Notes: a model not told the origin generated them from the sequence alone. A stretch of DNA of 64,000 nucleotides from Planctomycetota bacterium (GCA_965223845.1 CBDCXR010000004.1:6144001-6208000); one strand, 5' to 3'; counted from the stretch's first letter, positions 1-10,368 are shown. Numbers and translations are program-made.

Positions 1-3000
1 GAGGTAGTTGAGAAGACCGATCGGATCGCTGATGTCGATGCCGCCGCCGTCTTCGATGTCGGCCGCATCGCGGCACACCGGCGGTGAGCCGTCCGCGAAG
101 AGGTAGAGAAGTATGTAGAGTGCATCGCTCACGTCCGTCCCGCCGTCGGCGTTCGCGTCGCCGCGCTGGAACCGGACGGGTCCGTCCGCGCAAAACTCGT
201 ACGCGCCGGGATCGATTCCCGCACCGCAGGGACGAGCTCTCCCGACGAGATCGAACTCCGGCGCCGATTCGCTCGTCCCGGCGTCGATGACCGGCGCGTC
301 GGATGCGAGGCGGTAGTCGCCGATCGCGAATCGCTCGCCGATCCACTCGCCGGCGCGCACGAATCCCGGATCCTCGTTGCGGTTCCCCTCGCCCGGAAGC
401 ACGGCTTCCGTGCCCAAGGTCGAGTAGGTCGCGGAGACCTTGGTCTCCTGATCCCACTCGGGAATGAACAGATCGTCGATCTCGTTGTCCCACACGATCG
501 AATTGACGATCGTCCAATCGGAGTTGGCACTCGCTAGGCCGATCCAGTTGTCGGCGATGGTCGTCGAGAGGATCGTCGCCGTGCCGCCGTCGAGGTTGAC
601 TCCGCGGTGGAGATTGCCGACGACTTCGCAGTTTGTGAGTGAGACCGTGCCATCGAAGCCGGACCACACTCCCGCGCCGTCGTTGTCGTGCAGGCGGCAC
701 TCGAAGAGAGACGCTTCCGCCGCGCCTTCGAGATAGACGCCGCCGCCGATGACCTCGCCGTGAAAGGTGAAGCCTGCGTTTCGCGCCAGAAGCGAGGAGA
801 AGATCTCGGTGCGCGCCCCGCCGCCGAGGTAAACCCCGGCTTCCGAGTTGTCGGCGATGGTGGAATCTCTGATTTCGATGACGGACCCGCTCAGCGCGAG
901 GATCCCCTGCCCTTCGTTCGCCCAAACTTCGCTCGACACGAGTCGAGCCACCGCGTTCATGCCAGCGAGAACTCCGGGGCCGACGGATTCGGCGACGACG
1001 GATCCTTCGATGGTCGCGTCGCCGTCGTGCGCGAACGCGACGCCGAGGCCGCGTCCGTTTCGCACCGTCACCCGGGCGAGCCTCGAGCCCGCCGAGAGAC
1101 CGGTGAGCGCGCCGTTGAGCTCGACCTCGCTCGCGTGCGTTCCCGTGATGCTCGCGCGCTGAAGCGACACGCCCTGCGCTGCGTAGTCTCCCGGCGCGAG
1201 CTCGACCGTTCGGTGCTCGACGCCGGCGCTCGCGCACGTCTCCATCGTCGCGCCGACGTCGGTACCGCCTTCACCTGCACCGAGGCAGGGTGAGTCCGAC
1301 GCGAGTGCGACGGAGAAGTCGAATGCGCTCGCGATCGGAGTCGGACCCGCGCGACCGGGATCCGGCGCGATCTCGAGCCTAGCGTCATCTCCCCAGCCGC
1401 AGAAGAGCGGTGCGTCGACGAAGTTTCCCGGTCCCGCCGGTGGCGAGTCGGCCTCGATGCACGAGTACGCGATCTCGAGAGTTCGCGGCGGGCTCGTGTT
1501 CGCGAGAAGGTTCCCGCTATCCCAGACGATCGATGATCGGATCTCGAGCCTGCCGTCGCGCACGATGAAGAACCCGGACCCGACCCCGGAGTTGCGCGCG
1601 AGCGTGCAGTGATCGAGGCGGAGGTCGCCGTTTGAGAAGAGGTTGAAGAGCCCGGCTCCGCTGGTGTCGAAGTTGCCGTCGATCGTTCCGCCGGACCACC
1701 GAATGGTCGTGTTCCCGCCGGTCACGATGCTTCCGACGGTTCGCGTCACGCGCCCCCCCTCGACTGTGAGGTCGGCGTCGCGGATCCAGAACGCAGTGCC
1801 CGAAACCGACTCGACCAAGGTGTCGCGGACGATCGGCGCGGCCCCCTCGGTGATCTCGACGAGGATCGCGAATCTCTGCGCGCCGCCGCTCAGCTCGCAG
1901 TCGTCGAAAACGGGCCGAGCGCCCGCTCGACAGCGAATCGCGGGACGCGTCGACGATCCAGCGCGGATCCTGCAACGCTCGACCGTCGCGTTCGAATTCA
2001 CCCCGAAATCGAGCGCGCCGTCGCCGCCGGCGGCGAGGGTCACGTCGCGGAGGAACGCGCCGCTGCCGAGACCGCGCAGGGCGCCGTGGAGGACCGTGGT
2101 CTCGCGACTCTCTCCCGCGATGCTCACGCCGTGAAAGAGCGAAGCCGCTCCGACCTCGTATTCGCCGGCGGCGAGCATCACCGTTCGCGCATCGATCGTC
2201 TGGCCCGTGCATGAGCCGAGCGGCGCTCCCATGTCGCTGCCGTCCCGTCCGGCGCCGCGACAGGGCGAGCGGTTCGAGAGGGCGAGATCGAAGCTAGCGA
2301 GCGCCTCGGAGAGCGTTCGGTACGGTGACTCCGCCGAGCCGTCGCCGCCCGCCGGCGCGGATGCATCGACGTGCGCTTCCTCCGACGACCAACCGCAGAA
2401 GCTCGGATCGACATCGATGTTCCCCGTGCCCGTCCATCCTCCGTCGATGCAGCTGTAGGTGACGATCGGCGTCGAGTTCGGGACCTGCTGCTCGAGCGAT
2501 TTTGGTCCGTTCGACCAAAGGATGGAGCTGTCGATCGTGACGGCGCCCTGGAGCATGTTCACGACGGGGCCGGTGTCGTTCACGTTCGCCGCGATCGTCG
2601 ATTGCCGCACGGTGATCGTCGATCCGGTCCCGTTCGTGTGGAGCGCGCTCCCGGCCGAGAACGCGTAGTTCGACGCGATCACGCACTCTTCGACGGTGAT
2701 GTCCGCCCCGGCGAGAGCCGAAACGCCGGCTCCGCGGTCGTAGGCCCGTGAATCGTTCCCGGTGATCTCGGTCCCGCGCACGGTCGGCTGACTGCCGCTT
2801 GCGAGGATCCCGCCGTGGGAGTTTCCGCGCAATCGACAATCGCGGACGAGCGGGGCACGACCGGGTGCGACGAACACCCCGCCTTGAGTGCCGTCCGTCA
2901 CGGTGACTCCGGCGAGCTCGGCACCCGACTCGAGTCCGCGTACCGTGCCGCGGAGCGTCGTCGAGTCCCGCCCCGCGCCGAGTAGAGAGACCTGATGGTC

Positions 3001-4326
3001 GAGCCCGCGTCCCGCGAGCGCGTACTCACCGCTCGCGACGTGAACGATGCGAGACTCGACCGGCGCGAGGTCACACTCGCCGGACGCTCTCCCGCGATTC
3101 CCGCCGTCGGATGCCGATCCGATACACGGTGAACCCGGCGCGAGGGCGTAGCTGTAGTCGAGTGCCGGCGCGAGGCGGTGGAACGGATTCGCCGCGGAGC
3201 CATCGCCCCCCGCGGGTGCCGCGGCGTCCACCCACACTTCATCGCCCCCGGCGGTCCACCCGCAGAAGAGCGGATCGCCGCGCAGGTTTCCCTCGCCCGG
3301 CCACACCTCCGGACTGTCGACGAGCGAGTAGCGAACGGTCGGCCGCGATACTCCACCGTCGATGAGCGCGTCGGGCGCGTTTCCGAAGACGATCGAATCT
3401 TCTATGGCGAGCGTCGATTGGCGCGCGCTGATTCCTCCAGCGGTGCGGGTAGCGACGTTCGCGACGACCGTCACTCGCGTGAGTCGACCGGTCCCACCGT
3501 CGGCCGAGATCCCGCCGCCCGAGTCCGAATCGTTTCCTACGACGAGAGTGTCGTCGACGATCGCCTCGCCGCGTCCGGCGAGCCGGAGGGCTCCGCCGGC
3601 CCAGTTCGCCGAGTTGTGGCGGAACTCGCAGCCCGTGATCGTCGGCGCTGCGTCGTTTTCAATCGCGATGCCTCCGCCCATCGCAGCGGCGTTCGACTGA
3701 AATACGCATCCCGCAAATGTCGCGGCGGACTCGTCTCCGCACCAAGCTCCACCGCCCATGAGATCGCTCGCCGCCGTCGTGCCGTTCCTCTCGAAGACAC
3801 ACGCTTCGAACCTCGGAGACGACGTACCGGCGATCCACACGCCGCCACCGCGAACGACGACGAAGCACCCCTCAGAGCAATCGACCTCGCCCTGCCCGCG
3901 ACCGCCGGTGAGCGTGAGCCCGATGATCTCCGTAGCGGAAGTCTCGCCGCGCGTCGCGACGAAGACAGCCGCGCGGAGAGGATCGCGCGGCGTATCGGAC
4001 ATGCGCACGATCGTCGCCGCGGCTCCGGCTTCTCCGCGAACCCGGACGTCCTTCAGCGGAGGAGCGCTCGGATCACCTTCGACGTGGAGTCGATTCACGT
4101 CGAGCGGCTCGTCGATCACGTACTCCCCTGGCGCGATGAGAACTTCGTCGCCGCTCTGGGCCGCGTCGAGCGCACCCTGGATCGTCGCGTGGTCCGCGGG
4201 AACGCGGAGAATCTCGGCCGTCACTCTACCCGCGACGAGCTGAAGGAGAGCGAAAAGGAGCGCGGGGAGGATGGCGGGGCGACCGCGGCCGGGCTTCAGC
4301 CGGCGCGCGCGCGGGGAAATCATCAT
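1..4326 (-). CDS. Large secreted right-handed beta-helix (pectin-lyase-like) repeat protein with C-terminal dockerin-like domain; 3' end runs off the window
   Basis: Absent from the ORF track, consistent with no in-frame stop inside the window. Manual translation from ATG 4326 gives a signal-peptide-like start then EILRVPADHATIQGALDAAQSGDEVLIAPGEY. Repeated module ends YALAPGSPCI, GTGNIDVDPSFC, LASDSPCLGAG, YRLASDAPVIDAG. Near position 1: FQRGDANADGGTDVSDALYILLYLF...DAADIEDGGGIDISDPIGLLNYL. Frame spot-checked at several points. Confidence 0.85.
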   Translation of the reverse strand, partial: MMISPRARRLKPGRGRPAILPALLFALLQLVAGRVTAEILRVPADHATIQGALDAAQSGDEVLIAPGEYVIDEPLDVNRLHVEGDPSAPPLKDVRVRGEAGAAATIVRMSDTPRDPLRAAVFVATRGETSATEIIGLTLTGGRGQGEVDCSEGCFVVVRGGGVWIAGTSSPRFEACVFERNGTTAASDLMGGGAWCGDESAATFAGCVFQSNAAAMGGGIAIENDAAPTITGCEFRHNSANWAGGALRLAGRGEAIVDDTLVVGNDSDSGGGISADGGTGRLTRVTVVANVATRTAGGISARQSTLAIEDSIVFGNAPDALIDGGVSRPTVRYSLVDSPEVWPGEGNLRGDPLFCGWTAGGDEVWVDAAAPAGGDGSAANPFHRLAPALDYSYALAPGSPCIGSASDGGNRGRASGECDLAPVESRIVHVASGEYALAGRGLDHQVSLLGAGRDSTTLRGTVRGLESGAELAGVTVTDGTQGGVFVAPGRAPLVRDCRLRGNSHGGILASGSQPTVRGTEITGNDSRAYDRGAGVSALAGADITVEECVIASNYAFSAGSALHTNGTGSTITVRQSTIAANVNDTGPVVNMLQGAVTIDSSILWSNGPKSLEQQVPNSTPIVTYSCIDGGWTGTGNIDVDPSFCGWSSEEAHVDASAPAGGDGSAESPYRTLSEALASFDLALSNRSPCRGAGRDGSDMGAPLGSCTGQTIDARTVMLAAGEYEVGAASLFHGVSIAGESRETTVLHGALRGLGSGAFLRDVTLAAGGDGALDFGVNSNATVERCRIRAGSSTRPAIRCRAGARPVFDDCELSGGAQRFAILVEITEGAAPIVRDTLVESVSGTAFWIRDADLTVEGGRVTRTVGSIVTGGNTTIRWSGGTIDGNFDTSGAGLFNLFSNGDLRLDHCTLARNSGVGSGFFIVRDGRLEIRSSIVWDSGNLLANTSPPRTLEIAYSCIEADSPPAGPGNFVDAPLFCGWGDDARLEIAPDPGRAGPTPIASAFDFSVALASDSPCLGAGEGGTDVGATMETCASAGVEHRTVELAPGDYAAQGVSLQRASITGTHASEVELNGALTGLSAGSRLARVTVRNGRGLGVAFAHDGDATIEGSVVAESVGPGVLAGMNAVARLVSSEVWANEGQGILALSGSVIEIRDSTIADNSEAGVYLGGGARTEIFSSLLARNAGFTFHGEVIGGGVYLEGAAEASLFECRLHDNDGAGVWSGFDGTVSLTNCEVVGNLHRGVNLDGGTATILSTTIADNWIGLASANSDWTIVNSIVWDNEIDDLFIPEWDQETKVSATYSTLGTEAVLPGEGNRNEDPGFVRAGEWIGERFAIGDYRLASDAPVIDAGTSESAPEFDLVGRARPCGAGIDPGAYEFCADGPVRFQRGDANADGGTDVSDALYILLYLFADGSPPVCRDAADIEDGGGIDISDPIGLLNYL

Positions 4327-4762
4327 GGAGGCGCCTCAGAGAAACGATACGGAATCGAACAACGCACGAAGCTGGACGACCGTGGAACCGGTCTCCGCTC
4401 GTGTCATCTCCGACACCGTTCACTCCGCAGCTATCCGGCCGCGGGCGCGAGCGGGGTGAGAGGACCGAGCCGCCGGCGTCGTTCAAAGGCGCGACACCGA
4501 CCACCCCGCGTACTCCGTTTCCCCGCGGGCGTGCGCATGCGCGTCCCGAACGAGATCGAATTGGCGCGGATCCGAAAACCGCACGTCATCGACTGCCGCC
4601 GGTGAGCTGCTAAGACACCCCAGACGCATCCATCGTAGGCGTCCGGGAGTGGCGGGGCGACATCTGCTTTGGGGGAAAATGTCTCTGAGGCCCGTGCCCC
4701 GCGCGTGGACGGCCGGCCTCGGAACGGGCCGGCGCGCGGACCAAGACCGGGGGCGGCCGCGG

Positions 4763-5185
4763 CTATCGAGGGGCGGTCGCCAGGCGCCGCTTCACCTTTT
4801 CCCAGTACCGGTCGGTCGACTCGAGCTCCGGGCCCCGCGGACCGCCGTTGTGAGTGCGCGCGATGCTCTCCGCGTCGCGGACTTTCCACGCGGTCGCCGC
4901 GTAGCGTCGCATGTAGGCGTCGATCACCTGCTCGGCGTAATCGCGCCGCCGGCAATCCTCGTACTCGCCGCCGATGTCCGGGTCGAACTGAGTCGCGTCC
5001 GCCCAGTACGACCAGCCGATCTGGTACGGGCCGATCGACATCCCGCCGTCGCCATCGGGAGGGTTTTCCTGGTCGCTCGTCTCGACGAAGCGAATCGCGT
5101 CGAGGATCTCGCGCTCGGTGTGCCGCGGCGCGAGGAGAGTGAGGAGAGCGAGAAGCGGAACGAGGGTTTTCGTGAGAACGAACAT
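4763..5185 (-). CDS. Secreted lysozyme-like protein resembling invertebrate (i-type)/destabilase lysozyme
   Basis: Start chosen at MFVLTKTLVPLLALLTLLAP (hydrophobic leader). Motifs VET...DGG.SIGPYQI...YWAD, YMRRYA, ARTHNGGPRG, YWEKVK. Confidence 0.75.
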   Translation of the reverse strand: MFVLTKTLVPLLALLTLLAPRHTEREILDAIRFVETSDQENPPDGDGGMSIGPYQIGWSYWADATQFDPDIGGEYEDCRRRDYAEQVIDAYMRRYAATAWKVRDAESIARTHNGGPRGPELESTDRYWEKVKRRLATAPR

Positions 5186-5253
5186 AGGTTGTTCTACAAC
5201 GAAATCGCGGACTGCGCTCACTCGCTTCGTCATCGGCGCGCGATCCAATCCGT

Positions 5254-6657
5254 TTACTCCGCGCGAAGTGCTTCCCTCCGAGCGGGCTGCTCGGTTGCAC
5301 CGGCGCGCACGTCTTTTCGCCACTCCTCGAGCGCGGCGTTGAGCTCGCGCGCGATCCCGGGACGCTCGGCCGCGAGATCGCGCGTTTCTCCGAGGTCGGA
5401 TTCGAGGTCGAAGAGCGACGTCTTTCCGCGCACGACGTGGAGCTTCCACTTTCCCCGGCGGACGGCGGCGCTGCGGCCGAATTCCCAGAAGAGATCGCGC
5501 GGCTCGGCCGTCGCGGGGCTCGCTTCACCGCGGAGCGTTCCGGCGAGGCTGATTCCGTCGAGCGCGAGCTCCTCGGGTGCTCTGGCTCCCGCGAGCTCGA
5601 CGAGGGTCGGAAAGATGTCGATCGAGATCGCCGGCGCCTGGTGGACGCTCCCGGCTTTCACCACGCCGGGCCACCACGCGATCGCCGGCACGCGGTGCCC
5701 TCCTTCCCAGAGCGATCCCTTGAACCCGCGGAGCGGGCCGTTCGAGCCGTTCCGATTCGCCCCGTTGTCCGAGAAGAAGAACACGAGAGTATTCTCGGCG
5801 ACGCCGCGCCGCCGGAGCGCATCGACGACCTCGCCGACGCCTCGATCCATCTCCTCCATCATCGTCTGGTACGTCGCGCGAATGTCCGGTCGGGCGTTCT
5901 TCCCGCCCCTCGCGCGGTTCTTCGCCGCCTTCGGTCCGCGCACCGGGGGATCGTCCGGTCCCTGATAGGGAGAGTGCGGCGCCTCATGAGCGATGTAGAG
6001 GCAGAACGGCTGTTCACTCTTCTCTTCGATGAATCGGACGGCGTGCTTCGTGATGAGGTGGGTCGTGTACCCGAGTTCGTCCTCGAGCTTCGTCCCCCTC
6101 CACCAATCGAAGATCCCCATGCGATCGTAGTGCGAGATATAGTCGATATTGCCGCTCACGAAGCCGCGAAACTCGTCGAAGCCCTGTGCCGTCGGGTTGT
6201 ACTTCGAGTCGTACCCGAGGTGCCACTTACCGAAGACCGCCGTTCGGTAGCCGGCGCCCTTCAGGACTTCCGCGAGGGTGGTTTCGGAAAGCTGAAGACC
6301 GTGGTGGCGGTTGTCCTTCGGGTCCGCCAAGATGACTCCAGGGACGCTCGCTCGCTGCTGGTAGCGCCCGGTGAGGAGCCCCGCGCGGGTGGGACTGCAC
6401 ACAGCGCCGCTCGAGTGAAAGTCGGTGAAGCGCATTCCTTCGCGCGCGAGGCGGTCGAGGGCCGGAGTCTCGTAGCGCGTGCCGCCGTAACAGCTCGCGT
6501 CGGCGTAGCCCATGTCGTCAGCGAGTATGACGACGAAGTTCGGCTTCGGGGGCGCACTCGTCGCGACCGACTCGCTCGGAGCGAGAAGAGCGATGAACGA
6601 AACGAACAGCGCTCGTCGCGCGTCTTTTAGATGAATGCAGTCGATGGATTTGAGCAC
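5254..6657 (-). CDS. Sulfatase (arylsulfatase A family, formylglycine type)
   Basis: PNFVVILADDMG, CSPTRAGLLTG, GKWHLG, FFSDNG, KGSLWEGGHRVP. Start set at GTG 6657 behind GGAGAG; the track ORF extends to 6822. Confidence 0.92.
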   Translation of the reverse strand: MLKSIDCIHLKDARRALFVSFIALLAPSESVATSAPPKPNFVVILADDMGYADASCYGGTRYETPALDRLAREGMRFTDFHSSGAVCSPTRAGLLTGRYQQRASVPGVILADPKDNRHHGLQLSETTLAEVLKGAGYRTAVFGKWHLGYDSKYNPTAQGFDEFRGFVSGNIDYISHYDRMGIFDWWRGTKLEDELGYTTHLITKHAVRFIEEKSEQPFCLYIAHEAPHSPYQGPDDPPVRGPKAAKNRARGGKNARPDIRATYQTMMEEMDRGVGEVVDALRRRGVAENTLVFFFSDNGANRNGSNGPLRGFKGSLWEGGHRVPAIAWWPGVVKAGSVHQAPAISIDIFPTLVELAGARAPEELALDGISLAGTLRGEASPATAEPRDLFWEFGRSAAVRRGKWKLHVVRGKTSLFDLESDLGETRDLAAERPGIARELNAALEEWRKDVRAGATEQPARREALRAE

Positions 6658-6876
6658 GGCTCTCTCCAACCGTCCGAACACTAGGGTCAGGTATTTCCGG
6701 ATCTTCGGGTAGCCCCCGCCGCTACGTACCCGTCGCGCGGTGAATACGCGGCTTTGCTGGACGTCGAATCTGTGAGACCGGAAGATTCTACCGAGTTCCG
6801 GTTCGCGTCCGTAACGATTCACCCGCGAGGGGCGAATCGAACTCGAGGGGCGAGCCGGATCGGAAGGGAGGCGACC

Positions 6877-7338
6877 ATGAGCAAGTCTCTTCTACCGAAC
6901 GATCGAGGCTACACCGTTCCCGCTCCTCGTGCGAATTCGACGTCACAAAACGGCGCGGCGTGGATCGCTCTCGCGCTCGGACTCCTCGTTGTCGTCGGGT
7001 CGGGCTGCTCGGGGCACTCACGCACCCGAATCAAGCTCAGCTTCTCTCACGGCTTCGACGACGGCTACGCGCACGGCGAGGACGATGGCTACCACGACGG
7101 TTATCACGAAGGGCGCGCGCTCGGGTTCGACGACGGCGCCGACGACTACCACTTCGGGTTCGGCTACGATCCGCACCCCCGTGGGTTCGACTTCGATTTC
7201 GTGCTCGAGCTCGGCATCGCTTTCAGCGACTACGACGAAGGCTACAACGAAGGCTACGACGAGGCGTACCACATCTTCTTCGAGGTCGGATTCCTCGAAG
7301 GCTACCTCGACGGTTACGACGAAGGCTACGACTCGTAG
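6877..7338 (+). CDS. Putative lipoprotein with acidic G-[YF]-x-[DE]-G repeats
   Basis: GGGAGG RBS before ATG 6877; hydrophobic stretch ending VVGSGC; repeats GFDDGYAHGEDDGYHDGYHEG and GFLEGYLDGYDEGY. Confidence 0.7.
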   Translation: MSKSLLPNDRGYTVPAPRANSTSQNGAAWIALALGLLVVVGSGCSGHSRTRIKLSFSHGFDDGYAHGEDDGYHDGYHEGRALGFDDGADDYHFGFGYDPHPRGFDFDFVLELGIAFSDYDEGYNEGYDEAYHIFFEVGFLEGYLDGYDEGYDS

Positions 7339-7464
7339 ATCTACCTCCCACACGCCCAACCCAGCGGTCCGCCGGGGTCTACCCTCCCGATCCCGACACC
7401 ATTGCCCCGATCTCGGCGGGCCGCACCTTTCGAGGCGAGTCTCGCCCGGTGAGGAGTCTCGGCG

Positions 7465-9630
7465 TTAGTTAGCGCCCGGCGTTTCTGGCCCGGTGTACTC
7501 GAGGAGATGCGCGCGCCGGTAGTCGGCGAAGTTCTTGATGCCGATCTTCACGCGACCACCGAAGCCGCTTTCGTTCGCGACGTCCTCGGTGAGGCTCTTC
7601 TCGAAGCCCTCCGTCGAGTCGAGCTTTCGCGTGTCGGATCGGACGACGTCAGCGATGAGTGCGCGGTGACGCTCAGCGATCGGGCCGAGGGTCTCCCAGT
7701 CGAGCCAGTTCTCGGCGATGTCTCGAACGTAGGCGAGATAGCGCGCGCGGAGCGAAGGCACGGCGAGTAGGCGCGAGAGAAGCGGCTTGCTCTCGTCGTC
7801 CTTCGCGATGAGGGGGTCGAGGTGGACCGCCTCCGGCTTGATCGGCTCGGGAGGTCGAGGTGGCCCGCCTCGTCCGCGCGGCGCGCCGAAGCCCGGCGGC
7901 GGGAGCTTCGAGCGGAGTCCGTTCGCGAGCTGCGATTCGCTCAGCGAGCCGCTCTTTTCGGCGTCGAACTCACGGAACCAGCTCGTGAGAAGTGCCTCGA
8001 GCTCGTTCTTCGTCAGTTCGCCGTTCGCGTCGGCATCGGCTGCGCGGTAGATGCCGTCGCGCATGAATTCCTGGGGAGTCCCGCCCGGTCGCCGCGGTGA
8101 GTCGCTCTGACCATCGCCATCGCGTCTTGCGCGAAGAGCGTCGCCGAGCTTGGCGCTGAACGTCTCCTTTGAGACGGCGCCCGTTTTCTCGCTGTCGAGC
8201 GCTCCGAACCAGACTGCCGCGAGCGCTTTCATCTCATCTGCGTCGAGCGCTTGATCGCGATTGGCATCGGCCTGCGCCATGATCGCCGCCGCTGTCTGGC
8301 CGCGTCCCATCATGCGCGCGCCTCCCCGACCGCCGCGCGGGCGGCTCGGTACCGCGAACGTCTCATTCGTGTCGTGCGGAATGATGTGAAACTTCCCCTT
8401 CTCGTCGAGATAGAGGTTGTAGTCGCTCGAGCGAATCCAGTAACCGTCGTTGCTGACGAGCACGTTCTCGAGCGCGAGGAAGCGGAGCGCGCCGTCGATG
8501 TCGAGAATGGGGTCGAGCGCGGCTTCGAGCTCTTCCGCCGGCGTTTCAGTGAGCGTCTTACAGAGTCTCACGAGCGCCGCCCAGGCTTCGGGGTCCTCCT
8601 TCGAACGGATGCTGTACGCTCGGCGGTAGTCGTCGACGTCGTCGCTGATGTAACCGAGCGTCGCTTGTCCCCGCGGGCTTCCGGGCGTCTTCCACCGCGT
8701 GCCCTTCGTCGTCCCGAACCACTCCTTGATGAAGTCGCGATTGAACTGCTGCTGGTTGATGTAGATGCCCCAGCTTTCGCCGTTGATCACGAGACGAACG
8801 AAGTTCGCTTTCGTCGCCGGAACGTATCGCTGTGCTATGTGGCAGAAGAGCACCGAGCGAAGGAAGCTCGGATCGCCGTGCGAGTTCAGAAGATTGAGCG
8901 TTCGGTAGCCGTAGAGACGCTGCTTCTTCTCGACGAAATCCATCGAGAGGTTGAGCGAGCGCTTGAATCCCGCGCTGACCGCGCCGAAGGACGATGCGCC
9001 GCGAAAGTGAACCCCGACGTTCGGATACGCCTTGCCGTCCACGGTGAGCGTTGCCGGGACGTCGACGTCGGTGTTGTTGAAGTCGGCGAGCTCGGCTTCC
9101 CAGTCTTCGCTCTCGAACTCGAGAAAGAGTGTGCGGAGAACGCCGGTGTCGTAGAGCGGGGCGTCCGGATACCAGGTGACGTCGGACTTGGCGACCTTCG
9201 GTCCCGGTGCGGGCGGTTCGGCCGGCCCACCTCGGCGCGGGAACCCGCGGCGACCGCGACCGGCGGCGCGCTCTTTGGCGAGATGTTCCCGTGCAGCTTT
9301 TCGCTCTTCGGCGTTCAGTCGACCGCTTTCATCTTCGTCGAACTGCTTCAGCAGCTCGGTCTGGCGTCCGAATCCTCCGGGTCCGCCTGGACCCCCCGGG
9401 CCTCCAGGGCCACGCGGACCGCCGGGGCCTTCCGGTCCTCCGGGAGGGCTTCGGCGCCCTCTCCGTTCGGGGCGATCCTCCCGCTCACGCTCGTCTTCTT
9501 TCGGGTCTTCCTGCGCGACGGCGTCGAGGGACTCGGATGCGGGCCAGGCGGGTTCGGGCGCGGATTTGACGGTGCCGGAGAGGAGCGCGCAAATGCCGAT
9601 GACCGCGGAGCGGGTGAGGAGGGAGCTCAT
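7465..9630 (-). CDS. Secreted CotH-family kinase-like protein with EF-hand-like insertions
   Basis: Signal peptide; VGVHFRGASS, LVINGESWGIY, DYNLY, IIPHDTNETF; EF-hand-like loops FDEDESGRLN, ADANRDQALDADE, LDSEKTGAVSKET, ADADANGELTKNE, FDAEKSGSLSESQ; G/P/R-rich linkers. Confidence 0.8.
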   Translation of the reverse strand: MSSLLTRSAVIGICALLSGTVKSAPEPAWPASESLDAVAQEDPKEDEREREDRPERRGRRSPPGGPEGPGGPRGPGGPGGPGGPGGFGRQTELLKQFDEDESGRLNAEERKAAREHLAKERAAGRGRRGFPRRGGPAEPPAPGPKVAKSDVTWYPDAPLYDTGVLRTLFLEFESEDWEAELADFNNTDVDVPATLTVDGKAYPNVGVHFRGASSFGAVSAGFKRSLNLSMDFVEKKQRLYGYRTLNLLNSHGDPSFLRSVLFCHIAQRYVPATKANFVRLVINGESWGIYINQQQFNRDFIKEWFGTTKGTRWKTPGSPRGQATLGYISDDVDDYRRAYSIRSKEDPEAWAALVRLCKTLTETPAEELEAALDPILDIDGALRFLALENVLVSNDGYWIRSSDYNLYLDEKGKFHIIPHDTNETFAVPSRPRGGRGGARMMGRGQTAAAIMAQADANRDQALDADEMKALAAVWFGALDSEKTGAVSKETFSAKLGDALRARRDGDGQSDSPRRPGGTPQEFMRDGIYRAADADANGELTKNELEALLTSWFREFDAEKSGSLSESQLANGLRSKLPPPGFGAPRGRGGPPRPPEPIKPEAVHLDPLIAKDDESKPLLSRLLAVPSLRARYLAYVRDIAENWLDWETLGPIAERHRALIADVVRSDTRKLDSTEGFEKSLTEDVANESGFGGRVKIGIKNFADYRRAHLLEYTGPETPGAN

Positions 9631-9944
9631 GTCGATCTCGATTCAAGGGGGGAGCTGCGTAACGGACGGAACCGCCCACGATCGGGGATGAACCCCAGCT
9701 TGACGTGGCGGTTGCGAAGAATGAATGAAGATCTTAACCGAGGAAGCGCCCCGAACTCGGTGTTGTTCGACGGCCGACGTCGCGCGGAGAGCGGGTCTGT
9801 CTTCTCCTCCCGTTCTCGTTCTCGTTCCCGACACTCTTCGTATAGCTCTGCTCCTGCTGCCGCCGTCGTCCTCTGCTAGCTCTCACCCCACCTAGGCCGA
9901 ACGGGTCGCCCGTTGCCGCGATGGCGAATCGAGCCTTCCCATCG

Positions 9945-9960
9945 CCCGTTCGCGAACGGG
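9945..9960. terminator. 16-bp perfect palindrome downstream of the DUF952 gene, possible terminator/pause hairpin
   Basis: CCCGTTCGCGAACGGG lies ~24 nt past the stop at 9984 on the minus-strand transcript; no U-tract. Confidence 0.3.
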
Positions 9961-9983
9961 AACGGGAGCGGGGGGATGCGACC

Positions 9984-10352
9984 TCAACCTTCCCGAGGAA
10001 ACTCGAACGTCCCGTCCGCGGTCGGGACGAGCGGCCGGGCGTCCAGAACCGCATCGAGGGGGAGCGGCGAATAGAGGTGGGGATAGCGGTCGGTCGATCC
10101 ATCGGGCGCCGTGTTCTCTTCGAATCGTAGGGCGTCCCCGAGTCGCGCTGGATCGACGATGAGAACGACGACTCGGTTCGCCCCACGGAAGAGCGAGTTC
10201 GCAACGGGAAGCAACTGCCGCGCGGTCGAGAAGTGGATGAACCCTTCCCGTTCCGGTGCGAGGCTCGCGGGCCGGTACTCGCCCAACGACTGGGCTTCGC
10301 CCCAGTCGTGCTCCGTCGCGATGTGATAGACGCGGATGGGTTCGTTTGTCAT
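9984..10352 (-). CDS. DUF952 family protein
   Basis: VYHIAT...W, EGFIHFST, YPHLYSPL. Confidence 0.88.
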   Translation of the reverse strand: MTNEPIRVYHIATEHDWGEAQSLGEYRPASLAPEREGFIHFSTARQLLPVANSLFRGANRVVVLIVDPARLGDALRFEENTAPDGSTDRYPHLYSPLPLDAVLDARPLVPTADGTFEFPREG

Positions 10353-10368
10353 CGAACGGGTGGAGAGG

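Noticed and set aside
9811-9830. CGTTCT hexamer microrepeat
   Set aside because: Only about three units, intergenic, no further support.
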